Assembly: GCA_963693365.1 (NCBI GenBank) | Contig: CAVNZM010000003.1 | Span: 15,111,143 to 15,175,142 of the forward strand | From: Amoebidium appalachense | Lineage: Eukaryota > Protista > Ichthyosporea | Direction: 5' to 3' | Length of the DNA stretch: 64,000 bases | Part shown: positions 54,598-64,000 of the stretch, one piece after another | Layout of the letters: every line of letters starts with the position of its first letter | How positions within the stretch are numbered: position 1 is the stretch's first letter | Notes under the pieces: generated by a model | The model's database searches: none | What the model was told of the DNA's origin: nothing | Seen by the model: the letters and a program-made list of their open reading frames with translations, nothing else | Made by a program: the position numbers and the translations under genes

Positions 54598-56162
54598 TAT
54601 GGTTAAGGTGCTGAAAGGGGAGGGTCAGTGGGGGGGGAGGGGGGGGAGGGAGGGGGCGCGTTGGATAATCGAGCTTGAAATGTCGGGAATGACCAACACA
54701 ATAAACGGTGCCACAACCTTAAGGGGATAAAGCGTTTTGCCACATCGGGTTCCGTCCCACAATCAATGTAAAAGTAATGCCAATATAACCACGGCACTAA
54801 CCATGCGTTCTTGACTTGGGCGACGTGTTGCTGTTCCTGCTTAGTGCGTACATAGGCCTTGGTGACATGCTTTTTACAAGGGCAAATAGTCCTAGGTTTG
54901 CTAAGCATAGTCCCTTTCTCGTGTCGCCCATAAAAGGTTGCTGAAAGGACATTTAAGGTTTCTAGACTGTTGGGCCGCTATGTAGTCACTCTGGAGTCAC
55001 ATGAGGGTGCTGCTGTTTATGATTAAGTAGGCAGTCACTGTGGCGCTCGTGATTTGTCAATGTGTGCAAATGCGAGGGAGGACTTCCAGGGGCTGGTGGA
55101 GGAGAGAGTGGTGATGGTCACAGTGACACAGTGTGTAAGCATATATTTAGTGTACTGGCATGTTCTTGTGGTTATGAGAATCCGGTGGGGTCGAGGGGTA
55201 TGAAGCATTAAGCAAAAATGTTTGTTTAGCCATATGGGTGGGATGACGGTGTCACCGAAGTGGTGGCAGGAGTGTTGGGTGGCCGGGGATGATGGTGTGG
55301 TGGAGATGCAATGGTGGTCCCGATGCATACATAGTTTCTGTGGTGGTGTGGACGGTTAGGCTCTGCGCATGCAGTGATAAAAGCGTGTCTCAGATGTTTT
55401 CGAAATTGTGTGGCCACGGACCATCAGAAGAATGCTAGCTACTAAAGCATGGGGGGGAGGGGGGGGAGGGGGGGGGGGAGGGCACAAATTTTGTTAAACT
55501 CTAGGCCTAAAACACACGAGCGCTATGTATTGTCTGTAACATCGGTGGCCATGACTGTAATAAAAACCCCTTTGGTTTATGTGCCTGTGAGTTAAGATCG
55601 TGTGTTCCAGCAAATGCGACCATCCAAATACTGTTATACCAGTCCTAGAACTTTGCCGTTGCTGTCCGAACGAGACCATGCAAAGCTAGGTACCGGGACC
55701 CCCCTCCTTCCTCCCCCCCTCCCCCCCCCCCCCCCGCCCCGGCGGTTCCTTACCCTATCCTTTTCGTAGCAATAGAGGGGGGGGGGGGGGGGGGGGGGGA
55801 TCGAAAAGAGTGCTGTTCCGCATGTGTGTGTGTGTTGGTGCAAGTGTGCATGTTGCCAGTATGGTATCTGTGACTGCATCTACCGTGGTGGTGGTGGTGG
55901 TGGTGGTGGTGGGAGGAGGGGGGGGGAGGGGAGGGGGGGGGGAGAGGAGGGGGGAGGGGGGAGGGGGGGGGGGGGGAGAGGAGGCTAAGGGGGCATATTC
56001 CATATGCATGTTAAATAGTAAAAAGCCAGGCACGTCCATGCAGCCTATTTGGAATGGACCACATTACAGACCCCTGGTATACTAATATTTGCGCCAATAT
56101 TTTATGTAAGAATCCCTCGAATTGAGCAACACACACAGACACACACACACACACACACGCGT

Positions 56163-56253
<91 letters not shown>

Positions 56254-56341
56254 CACGCACACACACGCACACACACTGTGACATACACACACACACACAC
56301 ACCCAAGCACCCGAACGCAAGCGCACACGTTTGCGCGCGCG

Positions 56342-56426
<85 letters not shown>

Positions 56427-56954
56427 ACACACACACACACACATGTACACACACACACACAAACAAACAAGGTCTGCATTGAGTACCCTTTTCCCACCCC
56501 ACCCCCCTTCGTCCTCATCTCTAGATCTCCCTTTCTCCCTCCCCCCATTCCTTCTCCCCCCCCCCCCCTTCTCCCCCCTCCCGCACTTCCGCTCTCACCG
56601 CAGTGTTGATCGGCAAGTTTTGTCGTTTTTATTTTGGTTATGTGCATATTCTTAATTCTCTAACGATCAGATAATTATAACCCCTCTAGAAAACTCTTAT
56701 CACGCTGAAATCCAAGCAACGGAAATAATGCATGGGCATACAGTAGAACGGCACGCTGCGAACACGCATCTCACTATTGGCTAAACACGGAAACAAGCTA
56801 GTGATAAGCTCACGATCGGCACAGGGTTCCAATATGCTCGTGTGTGCCTCTGTAATGCCACACATCTGCACAATGTGATGTACACACACACGAACATTCT
56901 GACACAAACACATAAAGGTTGGAATCCCCCCCCCCCCCCCCCCCCCCCTTCCAA

Positions 56955-57190
56955 AAGCAAAAATATTCTGCTCAACGTAGAGCCCTTCTGCTTGTAGCAA
57001 GTTTACCGTCTGTTGCCGTGAGCAGAATAATTTGGCTTTCACAGAATGTATTTTCTGCATCTTAATAATTATACTGAAAACAGGATAAAATCTGCTCGAA
57101 GCTGAAGAATTCTGGGAATAAATAGTTCTGCTTTTGGCTTGGCAATGCTTATTCTGCTTGTTACAGATTACTCTGTGATCTACAGAATAG
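56955..57190. repeat. Second GCAGAAT/ATTCTGC array
   Basis: AATATTCTGC, GCAGAATAATT, CAGAATGTATTTTCTGC, GAATTCTG, TTATTCTGC, CAGAATAG. Confidence 0.6.
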
Positions 57191-58548
57191 CTTTCCCTCT
57201 CTAACCACCACAGGGTCAAGGCTTACACAGGAACTATAAATAGCTCCTGCCATAACCTTACCGTACCTGGCAAACCAACACGCATTTGTGCTGAATCCAT
57301 CACAGCGCCTTTCAACAAGTTTTGGGAGCCAGCTTAAAGTATTTGCACACGGATCACGGCCTCTTGTGGTTGCATGTGCAAGTGTCACCGTGTAAAAGTT
57401 AATTTTTTTTGGAAGGCATTAAATAGACGAGCAAAGTGTTTTATGTATGATATAGTACAGGAAATCCCACAAACGAAGCGAGGTCGAGACTTTTACGGTT
57501 GCAACACGACTTCTCTTTATTGGCATTTGGGTGACCCATGCATACCACCCACTGCAGTCCTCCCAAACGGATGGGCACTGCAAACCATGACCCTATCATA
57601 CTTGCACAGGCCCGCTTAGTCGCCTTTATCATCCAGTCCGTTGCTCAATGTAAATATTATATGGCGAGGCCCTGGGATTTTTGGGTGGGCAGAGAAATAA
57701 CCATGTATCCCTGCTTTCTTTGATACTTATTTTCCCTGTCTCCTAGAGCTCGCTCTTTTCTTTTTTGGTGGTGGTGGTGGTGGTGGTGGCGGCCTGTGGT
57801 GGGTCGTGGTGGTGGTGGGGGTAGGGGGAGGGGGCTGTTCCATCACTCAGTCTGCCAAACATTAAATTGTTTGACGACTTTTGTCTCCACCACAACCCAA
57901 TGATTCCACAATCATATACCACATGCCTCTGTTGGACCTAGACAGGTGTCGCCTCCATAGAGTTGGGCGACCACTCAATCTGCTTTTTGCTGCTGAAAGA
58001 GCACGACTTGTCTAGTTGGATCATCATGATGGTCTACTGCCGTGAGGTCGCCCACTCACACCTCAAGTTGCCAAAAATAGCCCACAATATTGTTCTGTGA
58101 GTCGTTTGTTTGTGCCTACTCCGAGGCTCTCACCACCTTGTCCTCCCATCTTTCCGCCTCTTCCTCGAGCTCCTTCACTCATCTCTCCTCTCCGTTCAAC
58201 CCCCTTCCACCCACCTCAACCCATATAAGTTTCGCCCCATCACCACCACCACCACCACCACTGCATTAGCTCAACTGCACTGTGTGCTTGAAATTACTTG
58301 CTCCCCTCGCGGGCTGTGTGGGTGCCCGTGATTTATTCAGCTGAAAGCCCCCCCCCCCCCCCCCTCCCCTCCCCCCTCCCCCCTCTCGGCCCCCTCCCCC
58401 CTGCCCCTCCCCTCCCCTCCCCCCCCCCCCCCCCCCCAAAAAAAAAAAAAAAAAAAAAAACCTACCCAACACTCCCCCTTCCCCCCTCCCCCCTCCCCCC
58501 CTTCCCCCCCTCCCCCCCCCCCCCCCCCCCCCCTCCCCCGAGACCCCC

Positions 58549-58591
<43 letters not shown>

Positions 58592-59131
58592 GTCCCCACT
58601 GGCCAGAATACTCTACAAGTTGCCCATATAACTCAAAGTAACATCTCGTGGCACATGGTGGTGTCCAAAAAGGCTGCTCAAGTGAAATTGTAAATGTGAA
58701 CCAAACACACCCAAACATGTGACATTTTTGGTCTTACATTCCCCACAATATTTCAAATGCAAAACTGTGCTATCACAAGAAGACGATTTTGACCTGTAAC
58801 TTGTTGGGTGGCGCCCATCGTATCAAAAGACAACTATCTCAGGCATGTGGTTTCCCTCTGGGGTGATTGAATGCCACCTGTTTTGTTTTGATAAGGGAGT
58901 TGCTGTTTTGTGTTTTTATATGCATTTGAACCGGACCACGCATTAATTATTTTAATGATATTCACGTGGTCTGAGCTCAGCTGGTGCATCTCAGCTTTAA
59001 ATTTCTTAAACGTTTAACGTACTAAAGTTCCAAGTACTTACTTTCAAAACATGCACGCAAGCGGATGTGTGTGTTGTAACCGTGTTTTCTTTCTTTCTTT
59101 CTTTTTTTTTTTCTTTTTTTCTTTTCTTTTT

Positions 59132-59188
<57 letters not shown>

Positions 59189-60359
59189 GGGGGTGGAGGG
59201 GCCGGGGGAGGGGGGAGTTTGATGGGAGGGTAGAAGAGGGGGGGGGGGGGGGAGGGGGGGGGGGGAGGGGGGGGGGGAGGGGGGGAGGGGGGCTAAATTT
59301 AGCATATATGCTAAGTGCATGTTGACTGTGCTGGCAGCCTCACAGAAAACACGCATCACGTGGATTCTTCGCTGAATTCGAAACGTGGACGCACGGACGC
59401 CGGCCCGGGGGACTCGTGGCGCCATTTTAGCGATTCATCCAATTAAAAGGCGCGACGTGGTTTGCGCAAACAATCCAGGGTAAAGAAATGTATTGATGAC
59501 CGAATTGTTGGAACTGAGTATATACGTTTTCAATATATTCATATACGTAGTAAAACAAAGCGATGTATAAATGACAGACAGAAAAGCATCTTTCCTGCTT
59601 TTTCAAAGCTTATATTTCTTTTTGGGAGCATTCATGATTGATAATAGGCAGCCAGAGTCCGTTTAGAGCCCTGTCACACCAAGGGACATCAAGAAAAAAG
59701 CAACCAATCCGATGTCATGGCAACACTAAGGAATGTTCTGATGAGGAACGGGTCAAGTACCGGGTCGGTTTTCTTGAACGTGCTCCGCTGGAATGAATGT
59801 GGGAACACGCTCGTTCATGACAGCCATCATCGGATCGATAATAACCAGACACCAAATATGCTGAGATTCACATCTTAAAAAAAAATAAGTCGCATTAAAA
59901 AAATTCACAAAAACAAAAGAATAATCATTCAATACATTTTTTCCCTAGGTTTATAGACACCTGGCTGAAAAGAGTGGTGTTCGGTCACGTTCATTCCATG
60001 ACATTCGGTCCCCAACCATCCGATCTGCTAGACCCGACCCGCCGCAACGGCAGATCACGTACAATTCGCTCGCGCGAGCTGATTGGCTGGCGGGATTGGA
60101 AATCAAAGAAGGTCAACTTTCTCTTTTCCCACGGTGACACTTAAAGTTTTTTTCGTTTTTTTTTTTTTTTTTTTTTGTTCGAAGATTTTTTTTGGAGGGG
60201 TGTAAGGCGCGACGCCTGTTTTTACTCGCCACTTTTCACGTGGTGTGTTTGGAGACCCTTCTTTTTGGTTTTTTCATTTCGTCACGCAAGTGTTTACCAT
60301 TGAAAGGACAGAGACTGCATTGGTGGTTGTTTACTCAGTTGGCAAATCTAGGCCGAGAC

Positions 60360-63945
<3,586 letters not shown>

Positions 63946-64000
63946 GTGCGTGTTACCCTACACCCTACAAACACACAGACACAGACACACACACAATGCG

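Noticed and set aside
59734-59750. CTGATGAG hammerhead core motif
   Set aside because: No matching stem II-GAAA downstream; it is only the loop of a GTTC/GAAC hairpin.

Overview
Eukaryotic, intron-rich genomic DNA, probably a unicellular opisthokont (inferred from a PMT gene and CTAAC-type branch points). It is saturated with (CA)n/(TG)n, (CT)n and G/C homopolymer tracts, so most of the supplied ORFs are low-complexity artefacts. By stitching exons by hand I recover: the C-terminal part of a sucrase/ferredoxin-like (Aim32/Apd1) gene (-), SEC61B (-, 4 exons), CWC25 (+, 5 exons, one apparent frameshift), argininosuccinate lyase (+, 13 coding exons, 463 aa) and the first 6 exons of a protein O-mannosyltransferase (+). 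Mobile remnants include LTR-like starts, a LINE reverse transcriptase fragment carrying a 171-bp insert with a 12-bp target-site duplication, and a Tc1/pogo-like MITE. A cluster of decayed SUEL-lectin-like domains lies at about 48-59 kb. The most striking unexplained feature is a family of ~160-nt pseudoknotted RNA-like elements with compensatory base changes between two subfamilies. All copies sit in introns in sense orientation, and some are embedded in a ~745-nt multi-domain structured unit.
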